NCBI GenBank assembly: GCA_965649265.1 | Contig: CBFGKC010000012.1 | Coordinates: 35,861-99,860, forward strand | Direction of reading: 5' to 3' | DNA length: 64,000 nt | Source of the DNA: a candidate division WOR-3 bacterium | GTDB lineage: Bacteria; Hydrothermota; Tepidihabitantia; B3-TA06 | Part shown: positions 48,724-56,990 of the stretch, in pieces | Position numbering within the stretch: position 1 is the first letter of the stretch | Layout of the letters: every line of letters starts with the position of its first letter | Position numbers and translations under genes: made by a program | The notes under the pieces: generated by a model | Databases searched by the model: none | Seen by the model: the letters and a program-made list of their open reading frames with translations, nothing else | What the model was told of the DNA's origin: nothing

Positions 48724-50081
48724 CGATTGCGGTATATTCATTGCTGCAGGTGGTCCTTGCGGCACCGGCTTTCCAGGCATCCCTGGGATTAGAACCGGCT
48801 CTAATGCCAAAGGTGCGAGCCTTCGAGGCGATTTTTCTTCCCTATGGCGCATATTACTTCAACAACCGCGTATCACTCAAAATGGGTGCCGAGTTCGGCA
48901 ACTTCTTTTCGCTGAGAGGGACTTTCGGCCTTGCGCGGTCTTTCATGCGCGACGGGCCGTCCTGTATCTCTCAATACGACGGTTCGACCGGATGGCGCTC
49001 TTTCGAGGCAAGCTTCGGGATTGAATCTGGATATGCTGCCCGGTACCGCAGGGGAAAGGGCGATGTGATATGGGGAATCTCAGGGATTTTGGGACACTTC
49101 GACGGCGTTTTCGTGAGCGGGAGAATAGGAAGCAACGACAGCATTTACTACGACTCCGCCTCAATCAAGGCGCTCGCAAAGGGCGGCGAGGTTTACCTTG
49201 GTCTCAATCTTCCAATAGGCCGGCTTGGGCCGATTGGTGTCAAAATCGCGACCATTCTGAAGGGTGGGGCGCTCTTCCTCGATCCGACTTCGATCGGTGG
49301 AGGATACGAATGGAAAGGCTACCCCACGAAAACAGGAACAATGCCCAGGTGGGGGGTATCCGTCGCTCTCAATTTTGATTTCGATGCAAGCAAGATTCCA
49401 CTGGATGTTTTGCCAGACGCACGGTGGCGGCACAAGCTTGATCTTTACGATGCGCCTTTATCCCAGGGGTGCCTGGACTGCTGCTGTCTTTACGGAACCG
49501 CCTGGCCTGTAAGGGGGAGGGGGTCCCCTCTCGCCGTCCAAATCCTTTCCGCGCTTGTCATGGGTCCAGGGGCAGGAACCGCCGCCGGCCTTTTGGCCGC
49601 TGCATCAATGTGGGACGCCTCGAGCGAGGATGTATACAAGCCCGTCCTTGGGGTTTGCTTCTACCTGTTCCCGCCGGTAGGGTCTGTACTCGGAACAATG
49701 GGGTCCGGGGCCATTGTGAATCCGGGCGGCAGCTTCAGGTACACGCTTGCCGGAGCCCTTTTTGGAACACTGGCGAATCTGGCTCTTACCGAGGGATACA
49801 TTCTGGTCACCGGCAGGTATCCCTGGACATCCCACTGGCCGCCTTTATCCGTATCACTTACCCCGGACGTCATCGGCGTCATGATCGCGGGATCTACTCT
49901 GCCGGCGGTTGGAGCCGTCATCGGATACAACCTGAGCATCAAGCATACGCTCGAATCCTCACAGGACACGCTCGGTCTCAGGCCGTCGTGGACGGAGTTT
50001 GCGCTGGAACAATCACGGGAGACCGGCCTGAAGTCGAACACGGCGGTAATCGGCTTTGACATCATTGATCTTTCTTTCTGA
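48720..50081 (+). CDS. hypothetical protein (barrel-like N-terminus, Gly-rich TM C-terminus)
   Basis: ATGA overlap with the previous gene; N-terminal half paralogous to 47986-48723. Confidence 0.55.
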   Translation: MTIAVYSLLQVVLAAPAFQASLGLEPALMPKVRAFEAIFLPYGAYYFNNRVSLKMGAEFGNFFSLRGTFGLARSFMRDGPSCISQYDGSTGWRSFEASFGIESGYAARYRRGKGDVIWGISGILGHFDGVFVSGRIGSNDSIYYDSASIKALAKGGEVYLGLNLPIGRLGPIGVKIATILKGGALFLDPTSIGGGYEWKGYPTKTGTMPRWGVSVALNFDFDASKIPLDVLPDARWRHKLDLYDAPLSQGCLDCCCLYGTAWPVRGRGSPLAVQILSALVMGPGAGTAAGLLAAASMWDASSEDVYKPVLGVCFYLFPPVGSVLGTMGSGAIVNPGGSFRYTLAGALFGTLANLALTEGYILVTGRYPWTSHWPPLSVSLTPDVIGVMIAGSTLPAVGAVIGYNLSIKHTLESSQDTLGLRPSWTEFALEQSRETGLKSNTAVIGFDIIDLSF

Positions 50082-50146
50082 GGTTCCGAATCAAGGGTAC
50101 CTGGAACGTATATTGACAAGCTGCCAGTCCTGGATATTGTTTCGAT

Positions 50147-51160
50147 ATGAGAAGGCATTGTTTTTTATTCTTTTTTGTTTTTTTTGTTCCTCTTCTGCTC
50201 GCGCTCTCCTGCAACCAGGCGGAGGAGATCCCGGGGCAGCGGGTCCCCCTGGGCGACGTATCAAAGGACTACTGGGAACCCGTTGATCTGCCGCTAAGCG
50301 ATCCTTTGTTCCTTGACGCGTCTGGAGAGGTTCTTGCCGTCGCATCTACGGATTCCCTGGCTACAAGCACTGACGGAGGAGTTACCTGGCGAAGGAAAGC
50401 TGTTGCCGGCATTACCAGCATCGGGATAGACGAGCGAAACGCCAGCCGTTTGCTGATAGTAGCAGACAAAAAGTTTCTCGTCTCCACGGATAACGGGGCT
50501 AGTTTTTCCGAACACGACGCCCCCGATTACTTCGTCATGGTCGTACCTCATCCCTCGCTTTCATCCGATCTTCTGGCGATCTCTGATACCGCGTTCTGGC
50601 GCTCCGGGGACATGGGTGAAACGTGGGAGTTGATATTCGTGCCTCCGAATAATCCTAACCTCTCGCATCTCGCCCTGGATTTAGCAGACACCTCGTACAT
50701 GTATCTTATCGACGCGGGAGGACTCAGGATATCATCGGACGGCGGAAGCAAGTGGGACTCAAGAACATACTTCGAACAGGACAGCGTCACCCATCTTGTG
50801 ACTGCTACAAAAGGGGTCTTCGTGGGTGCGGGCGGCTTTATTCGCTTCTCTCCCTCGCACGGCGATGCCAACTCGTGGCTGAGCTACGGACCTTATTTTT
50901 CGACCCCACCCGAACTTGCCGATTTTCTCGTGATAGACGATCAGACAATACTCTATACCTGCTTCGTCCAGGACCCCGGCGAGTATGAAGCCTACATAAC
51001 ACATGATCTGAACGTCCATTGGCCCAACGCCTCACCCGGGCTTCTCGGGTTTTACGGCAACCTTACGCTTGCCCGGTCGGATAAAACTTACTTCGCACTC
51101 ATCACATCCCAGCAACAAAACTTTCTTTTCAAATTCAATGACACGGAGCTTTTACCATGA
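50147..51160 (+). CDS. lipoprotein, BNR/Asp-box (VPS10/YCF48-like) beta-propeller
   Basis: Lipobox ALSC; Asp-boxes STDGGVTW, STDNGASF, SGDMGETW, SSDGGSKW. Confidence 0.75.
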   Translation: MRRHCFLFFFVFFVPLLLALSCNQAEEIPGQRVPLGDVSKDYWEPVDLPLSDPLFLDASGEVLAVASTDSLATSTDGGVTWRRKAVAGITSIGIDERNASRLLIVADKKFLVSTDNGASFSEHDAPDYFVMVVPHPSLSSDLLAISDTAFWRSGDMGETWELIFVPPNNPNLSHLALDLADTSYMYLIDAGGLRISSDGGSKWDSRTYFEQDSVTHLVTATKGVFVGAGGFIRFSPSHGDANSWLSYGPYFSTPPELADFLVIDDQTILYTCFVQDPGEYEAYITHDLNVHWPNASPGLLGFYGNLTLARSDKTYFALITSQQQNFLFKFNDTELLP

Positions 51161-51804
51161 GCATACTGGGTTCAATTCTAAAACTTTCGCTTGGACTCGG
51201 GCTTTCGGGTACGGCACCTCTCTCTAACCAGCTTTCAAGACACGTGGACACGTTGAGCGGCTCGCTCGAGACGCGCGGATGGGAGGGTTCCATATCGAGT
51301 CCGCTGCCGATAATCCCTGAGGCCGAGCTCTGGCTGCGTGCAGGGCCCTTGCGTGCAGCGGTATCATACGCCGCCAACATCGCCGGCGGAACGGTTACTC
51401 ATGACCTCTACGGAACTGCCGATTATTCGTTCTACGCAAGTGAGTTTGCAGCAAGGATCGAGCTTTTAGGAAACCTGGGTCCGATTCACCTTTACTGCGG
51501 TCCGAGCGGAGCCTTGAGCAAACTTGCCGTCAAAAGTTCGAGCGTCAGCAGCGAAATCGACAGTAGCTATTCCAGCTTCAACATCGGTGCAGAAGCGGGC
51601 GTTGGAGTAACTCTTCCCTTTGGAAAGTGGAGACTCGGCGCTGAACTCTACGGCCGCTACCAGCCTGGCACCCTCCAGGGACTGTGGTTTAATCCCGACG
51701 AGGGCATTCTTTACGAATCACCAGGGCCTGCACCCGACGACATACAAGGAACTTTCTCCACTACCGGCGTAGGCATACGAATCCTCGCCGGGCTTGCACT
51801 TTAA
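51157..51804 (+). CDS. hypothetical outer-membrane beta-barrel-like protein
   Basis: Overlaps the previous stop; alternating strand pattern. Confidence 0.5.
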   Translation: MSILGSILKLSLGLGLSGTAPLSNQLSRHVDTLSGSLETRGWEGSISSPLPIIPEAELWLRAGPLRAAVSYAANIAGGTVTHDLYGTADYSFYASEFAARIELLGNLGPIHLYCGPSGALSKLAVKSSSVSSEIDSSYSSFNIGAEAGVGVTLPFGKWRLGAELYGRYQPGTLQGLWFNPDEGILYESPGPAPDDIQGTFSTTGVGIRILAGLAL

Positions 51805-51928
51805 GGCTCAGGAGCCGGTCTGAGGGACTTGACATAAGAAGGAGTTTCAGCTATCATTTGAGCAGAATAATCAACCATGGGAAATTTTCGCAAAATAGCT
51901 ACAGTTAACAAAACCAAAGGAGTGTAAA

Positions 51929-53071
51929 GTGAAAAAAATCCTTGCTATGGCGGCGATCCTCATACTCGCACTGGCGGGCTGCAATGTAATCCCGACAGGA
52001 CCGACCGAGCACACGGGAAATATCACTGCCAATGAGACCTGGGAACCATCGGGAAACCCCCACATCGTCAAATCGAACATCTCAGTGGAGAACAACGCAA
52101 CCCTGACAATAAAACCAGGATGTATAGTCAGGTTCGACGTCGGTACGGATCTTTACTGTGGATATAACGGCGCAGGTGCAATAGTCGCCAAGGGAACTGC
52201 CGATTCCTTGATAACATTCAGTTCTAACGTCGCCTCCCCCTCCCCCGGCGACTGGGAAGCCATCGAGATTTACAAGGACGCAATGTCCACGACGAGCTTC
52301 GAGTACTGCACCATAGAATACGGCGGCAACTCCGACAGTTACGGTTCCTTCTACATCGAGAATTTCGGACTTCCAATGAACAATTGTACCATACGTAAAA
52401 GCGGCAGCTATGGAATTCGAATGACGGGAGACGGCTTTTTCAAGACGTTCAACAGCAATATTATTACTGAATGCGCCAAGCATCCCATCTATATAAGCCC
52501 CGAATACATCCGCACCATCGGCACGGGCAACGGCTTTACGGGCAATACAAAGGACGGCATCCTTGTCGGAATAGGAAAAGTAACCACAACCGGAACATGG
52601 CCCGACCTGGCCGTTCCTTACGAAATTGAAGGCAATGTTTCGATAGAAGACAATTCCAACACACCGACGATTACGATCGGCCCGGGCGCGACCCTGAAGA
52701 TGCAGAACGCGGTGGAAATCCAGGTAGGTTACAACGCTCCCGGCGGATTGATTGCGGACGGCACGGTATCCAGGATTACCTTTACCAGCGCGGTAACTCC
52801 TTCGGCCAAAGGCGACTGGATGTGCATATCATTCTTCGATAAATCCATAGACGCTAACTGCAGGCTCAAAAACTGCAAACTGGAATACGGCGGCAACGGC
52901 GACTACGGCAACATATACATTGCAGATGCCTTGCCTGAAATCACAGGCGATTCGATAGGGCACAGCACGGGTTATGGAATATACGTAACCGGCTCGGAAT
53001 ACCCGGATACTAACACGCTTCGCAGTTCAAACACATTCTATGACAACGACCTCGGCGACGTAGGACCTTAA
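51929..53071 (+). CDS. lipoprotein with right-handed beta-helix repeats
   Basis: Lipobox LAGC; duplicated I.FTS.....P..GDW..I and C..EYGG units. Confidence 0.75.
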   Translation: MKKILAMAAILILALAGCNVIPTGPTEHTGNITANETWEPSGNPHIVKSNISVENNATLTIKPGCIVRFDVGTDLYCGYNGAGAIVAKGTADSLITFSSNVASPSPGDWEAIEIYKDAMSTTSFEYCTIEYGGNSDSYGSFYIENFGLPMNNCTIRKSGSYGIRMTGDGFFKTFNSNIITECAKHPIYISPEYIRTIGTGNGFTGNTKDGILVGIGKVTTTGTWPDLAVPYEIEGNVSIEDNSNTPTITIGPGATLKMQNAVEIQVGYNAPGGLIADGTVSRITFTSAVTPSAKGDWMCISFFDKSIDANCRLKNCKLEYGGNGDYGNIYIADALPEITGDSIGHSTGYGIYVTGSEYPDTNTLRSSNTFYDNDLGDVGP

Positions 53072-53088
53072 TAATATCTTTTGAGATT

Positions 53089-53115
53089 AAAAAGGGGCCC
53101 CCCGGCCCCTTTTTT
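53089..53115 (+). terminator. intrinsic terminator (bidirectional-looking)
   Basis: AAAAGGGGCC...GGCCCCTTTTTT. Confidence 0.7.
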
Positions 53116-53124
53116 GTTTCCACC

Positions 53125-53152
53125 TTGACATGGGGATGAGAGAACGTATAAT
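53125..53152 (+). promoter_or_regulatory. consensus sigma70 promoter of the met operon
   Basis: TTGACA-N16-TATAAT. Confidence 0.8.
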
Positions 53153-53158
53153 AAAAGC

Positions 53159-53230
53159 ATGCGGCATGTATCATCATACGCGAAACAAATAATCGGGCGC
53201 GCTTGTATGTGCGTCCGAATGTGCCGTTAA
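53159..53230 (+). CDS. putative leaderless Cys/Met-rich leader peptide (23 aa)
   Basis: MRHVSSYAKQIIGRACMCVRMCR*; ATG 6 nt after TATAAT; ends 41 nt before the MTHFR start. Confidence 0.55.
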   Translation: MRHVSSYAKQIIGRACMCVRMCR

Positions 53231-53271
53231 GCCAACCCCCCAAAAAAATCTGGACAGGAAGATAATGCATT

Positions 53272-54159
53272 ATGGATAGGGTTATTTTCGAGATAATTAC
53301 GCCGCCCGAAACCTGGGCTCCCCAGAAGATTGAGGAATGGGCCCAGAGGGTGTGTGAGATATTAAAACGTCACTCGCTTCGCTGCCTCAATATCCCGGAG
53401 GTAGTAAACGAAACCAGGGACGGCGACCGCAGGGTGCGCTACATCCCCAAGATGGATAACGTTTCTTTTGCACGCGTGCTTGCAAAAACGTGCCCCAATG
53501 CCGTTCCCGTTCTCAACAAGATCTCGGTCCGTATCACGAGACCGGAGTTCGAACAGTGGGTAGAAAGGATTTACGAACAGGGTGTCCGCCACCTCATTAT
53601 CGTCGGCGGCGAGCTCCCCGACTACCCCTACCCCGGCTATCAGGTCTCTGAAGCCGCAGCATGGATTAAATCAAAGTACCCCGACGTGAAAGTCGGCGGG
53701 ATAACGATATTCACGCGCCCGCACGAGGCCGACAGAATCGCTGCCAAGATGCAGGCCGGCATCGACTTCTTCGTCTCGCAGATCATATACGAAACGACTA
53801 ACCTCAAGCACGTGCTGATAGAACTGGATAAGATTCTGCCCGGCGGTGCAGGTGATCAAGCACAGCGCTTTCCCGACATATACGTCTCCATCGCGCCCGC
53901 CGCAAGGATACGGGACATCGAATTCATGATGTGGCTGGGCGTCGAGATACCCTCGGCAATACTGGCATACCTTGCAAAGGACGACGAGGAGGTGGAGGAG
54001 CGAACCTTCGAGATCAATATGAGGGTACAAGAGGAGATATTCGAATTTATCAACAAGAAAGGCTACCGGCTTGGCTTTAACGTCGAGCACGTTATATACA
54101 CCAACCTGGGTCTTTCGGAAAGGCTTGTAGACGAGATAATCGAAAGGATGGGTAGATGA
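53272..54159 (+). CDS. methylenetetrahydrofolate reductase-like protein (divergent, resembling the mycobacterial monomeric type)
   Basis: FEIITPP, NIPE, GGI.I..R..E..R...K..AG.DFF.SQ pattern; first gene of the MetE operon. Confidence 0.65.
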   Translation: MDRVIFEIITPPETWAPQKIEEWAQRVCEILKRHSLRCLNIPEVVNETRDGDRRVRYIPKMDNVSFARVLAKTCPNAVPVLNKISVRITRPEFEQWVERIYEQGVRHLIIVGGELPDYPYPGYQVSEAAAWIKSKYPDVKVGGITIFTRPHEADRIAAKMQAGIDFFVSQIIYETTNLKHVLIELDKILPGGAGDQAQRFPDIYVSIAPAARIRDIEFMMWLGVEIPSAILAYLAKDDEEVEERTFEINMRVQEEIFEFINKKGYRLGFNVEHVIYTNLGLSERLVDEIIERMGR

Positions 54160-55175
54160 ACATACTTCTTTGGGGTCAGTATCCCCGCTCGGAGCGGCTA
54201 GTAGAAGTGACAAGGGATTTTGACCGAAAACGCGTATCGGAACAAGAACTTGCCGCGGCAAGGAAGGAGGATTCGGGGTCCTTCGCCAGACTGCAGGACG
54301 CCATGCCCTTCGTCTCGACAGGGCTCTTCGGCTGGCAGGATCTTTTAAGACCCTTTGCCGACATAGTCCCCACTCTCAAGGTGACCGGCCTAAAGCGTTT
54401 CTTCGAAACCAACACCTTCTGGAAGGTCCTCGAGCCCTCCTCCCCCGAACCCCAGAGGGGCACTTCCATCATCAGCAAAGAATCAAATGAAGTAACACAA
54501 CCCTCCCCCGTAACACACCAATTCTCATCCCCTTCCCTCCCAGTGGATGAGTCAGATATTGATGATTGGATAAAAAAGTATTTTTTTGCCGACGGCATGT
54601 ACCCCGTGGATGCCCCCCTCGTGTTCACGCTTCCGTTCATTTACCTCTTTAAGGAGTACACGCGGAACGTTGATTACGAAGCGATTGTTGAGATGCTGGA
54701 CGTTGTCGCAAAAAAATTGATGAGCATGGATAACAAATTACTGGTGTTTGCCGAGCCGAGCTTCGGCTGGCGTGAGATATCGAAGGGTGAAAAGGACAAA
54801 GGACTCGAATTCATAAAACGAGTGAAGTCTTACTCAGGGAACAGAGTGGTTATTAACACGTATTTCTTTGACGTGGAAAAAGAGAAGGACTTCCTTTACT
54901 CCCTGCCCGTTGACGGCATAGGCATTGACTTTTACTCGAACTCCATAGAGCGTGCCGCCGGTGGTTTTCCGAAGGACAAGATGCTCATTGCAGGAGTTCT
55001 TTCGACCGATTCGACTCATATCGAGGAGAGGGAAAAACTCACCGCTTTCTTTTCATCGCTCGAAAAGCACGTTGACCGCTCGCGCATATGGGGCACGAGC
55101 GCCGGGCCGATAGAGCTTTTACCGAGGGTTGTCGCTGACGAAAAGGTCAGAAACCTCAAGGAGGTCTTGAAATGA
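54156..55175 (+). CDS. metE: split cobalamin-independent methionine synthase, N-terminal (folate-binding) half; carries an in-frame repeat insertion
   Basis: G.YPRS..L, WQD..RP, RFFETNTFW, EPS, TYF, LPVDGIG.DF, LP...A..K motifs. Confidence 0.75.
   Translation: MNILLWGQYPRSERLVEVTRDFDRKRVSEQELAAARKEDSGSFARLQDAMPFVSTGLFGWQDLLRPFADIVPTLKVTGLKRFFETNTFWKVLEPSSPEPQRGTSIISKESNEVTQPSPVTHQFSSPSLPVDESDIDDWIKKYFFADGMYPVDAPLVFTLPFIYLFKEYTRNVDYEAIVEMLDVVAKKLMSMDNKLLVFAEPSFGWREISKGEKDKGLEFIKRVKSYSGNRVVINTYFFDVEKEKDFLYSLPVDGIGIDFYSNSIERAAGGFPKDKMLIAGVLSTDSTHIEEREKLTAFFSSLEKHVDRSRIWGTSAGPIELLPRVVADEKVRNLKEVLK
54444..54520 (+). repeat. in-frame diverged copy of the VTP/PLRGTS palindromic element
   Basis: CCCGAACCCCAGAGGGGCACTTCCATCATCAGCAAAGAATCAAATGAAGTAACAC...CCCGTAACACACC, reading PEPQRGTSIISKESNEVTQPSPVTH. 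Confidence 0.75.
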
Positions 55176-56329
55176 AACGCTTGATCACTCACGAAGTAGG
55201 CTCAATGGCCAAGCCCTCCTGGAGGGTAAAACCCTTTCGCAAACTCCCCCTTAAGGATGCGGATTTGAACGAGGCACGCGAATGGGGATCGAGATTGGGC
55301 ATCGAGGAGGCTCCGGAGCTTCTCGAGCTTCTCTCAAAACGCTCCGATTTCACTCCCCAGGAGAAGGAGCGGATACTGTACTTCTCGACCCTTTACGGCA
55401 TAAGGCTCCAGGAGAAAGCCGGGCTCGATGTCGTCTGGGACGGCGAGCAGCAGCGGGTTGAGATGTACGAGCATCCGGTAAAGCGCATGTCCGGCTTCGA
55501 GTTCCGCGGCCATGTCCGCAGCTTCGACAACAAGTACTACCGCAAGGCATCATGCGTTGGAACGCCGGGCCTCAAGGAGGATCTTCATACCCAGGAGTAC
55601 AGGCAGATATCGGAGATCGCGAACCGCGAAGTGAAGGTTCCCGTAACCGGAGCCTACACCCTGGTTGACTGGTCCTTCGACGAGCGGTACGTGAAGGAAA
55701 TCACCCCGGGCGTGTCGAACATTCATGATCTGCGTAAAAAAGCCCGCGGGCAATTCCTCACCGACGTATCCCTCAACGTTGTCTATCCGACTTTGAAATC
55801 CCTTTCCGAGAATGGAGCTCACTGGCTTCAGATAGACGAGCCCGCGGCGACGACAAAACGCGATGAGGTTCCCGAGTTCATTAAGTCCGTCGCAGACAGC
55901 GTGGGAGACCTTCGAGGCAAGGCATTCTTCGTAATTCACATCTGCTTTTCGAACTACCATTTGCTGTTTCCGAAGATGAAGGATCTCGAGGGTATTCTTG
56001 ACGAGGTTCACCTTGAATACGCCAACCGCGATTCCGAGGAACTCGGAACAACGTCGGCAAAACGGTTCGGCTACGAAATTCTTGCAGACCTGAAAAACAC
56101 TTCCTTCACGGTCGGGCTCGGCGTACTCCACATCCACACCGATTTCATAGAGCCGCCCGAGCTCGTGCGCGACCGCATACTTTACGCGGTCGACGTCATC
56201 GGTGATCCTGACCGGATAATGGTCTCACCCGACTGCGGGCTTCGCACAAGGACGTGGGAAGTAACCTTCGCCAAACTCCGCAATATGGTGGAAGGAGTGC
56301 ATCTGGCAAAAAAGGAATTAGGAATCTAG
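55172..56329 (+). CDS. metE: split cobalamin-independent methionine synthase, catalytic C-terminal half
   Basis: VGS..KP, DGEQ.R, K.P.TG.YT, QIDEP; Zn ligands HIC, E and PDCG. Confidence 0.85.
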   Translation: MKRLITHEVGSMAKPSWRVKPFRKLPLKDADLNEAREWGSRLGIEEAPELLELLSKRSDFTPQEKERILYFSTLYGIRLQEKAGLDVVWDGEQQRVEMYEHPVKRMSGFEFRGHVRSFDNKYYRKASCVGTPGLKEDLHTQEYRQISEIANREVKVPVTGAYTLVDWSFDERYVKEITPGVSNIHDLRKKARGQFLTDVSLNVVYPTLKSLSENGAHWLQIDEPAATTKRDEVPEFIKSVADSVGDLRGKAFFVIHICFSNYHLLFPKMKDLEGILDEVHLEYANRDSEELGTTSAKRFGYEILADLKNTSFTVGLGVLHIHTDFIEPPELVRDRILYAVDVIGDPDRIMVSPDCGLRTRTWEVTFAKLRNMVEGVHLAKKELGI

Positions 56330-56335
56330 CAGGGA

Positions 56336-56470
56336 GGGGTCCCCAAACGGTTACGAAGCAACCTTTAGGAGTGAGAGGAATACGGCTGAGGGTGCCGAGA
56401 TGGGCAAAAAGAGCCGGGATGTATTTTTTCGGGATCCCCAGGCAGTAACACAGTAACTGCCTGGGATGAA
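56336..56470 (+). repeat. two GGGRTCCCC-stem hairpin elements
   Basis: 56336-56375 and 56431-56470 (GGGATCCCC AGGCAGTAAC ACA GTAACTGCCT GGGATGAA). Confidence 0.6.
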
Positions 56471-56691
56471 AGAAATATGGTTGGGGATCATGTTGGGAAA
56501 AACTACAACCCGTTTCAGGTTAACGGAGTACCCTTAAAGCCGTACTTAATTCCTTGTATCTGCAAATAGGTTTCTGAAGGAGGACGTGGTTTTGGGTCAG
56601 GCCAGGGAGCTTTTCTGTTGTTGACAAAAAGAGCAATATTATATAGTATTTATTTTGTTCCAACAAGGTTTCAACTAAGGAGGTCTAAGAA

Positions 56692-56934
56692 ATGCTGAAT
56701 CCAAGTCAAACGGTATACGATATGATACAGATTATTTGCAACAGCGACAATAAAGATCGTATTGCTTTAGCCGTAAAAACCCTTTTGGGGATAAGCCCTT
56801 CATTTTCCAGAGACGATTGGCTCTTCATAATTGAAAAAATGAGGCAGATTGTGAGCAATAGCGATAACATATGGCGAAGAGAACTTGCAAGCGACATTTT
56901 AATAGCTGTTCGTAACATGCCAGAGCCTGATTAA
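56692..56934 (+). CDS. small hypothetical helical protein
   Basis: TTGACA promoter-like site and AAGGAGG RBS upstream; 80 aa; AT-rich. Confidence 0.5.
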   Translation: MLNPSQTVYDMIQIICNSDNKDRIALAVKTLLGISPSFSRDDWLFIIEKMRQIVSNSDNIWRRELASDILIAVRNMPEPD

Positions 56935-56990
56935 TAGATGACCAGTTCGATACCCGATAGTTTTGACAAAAAGGGTACTTGGGATTAATT

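Noticed and set aside
53160-53270. SAM-I (S-box) riboswitch upstream of the met operon
   Set aside because: Only the 3' GGAAGAUAA resembles it. The AUCAAGAG, GAGGGA..GGCCC and GCAACC core elements and a terminator are absent. An Rfam scan would be decisive.
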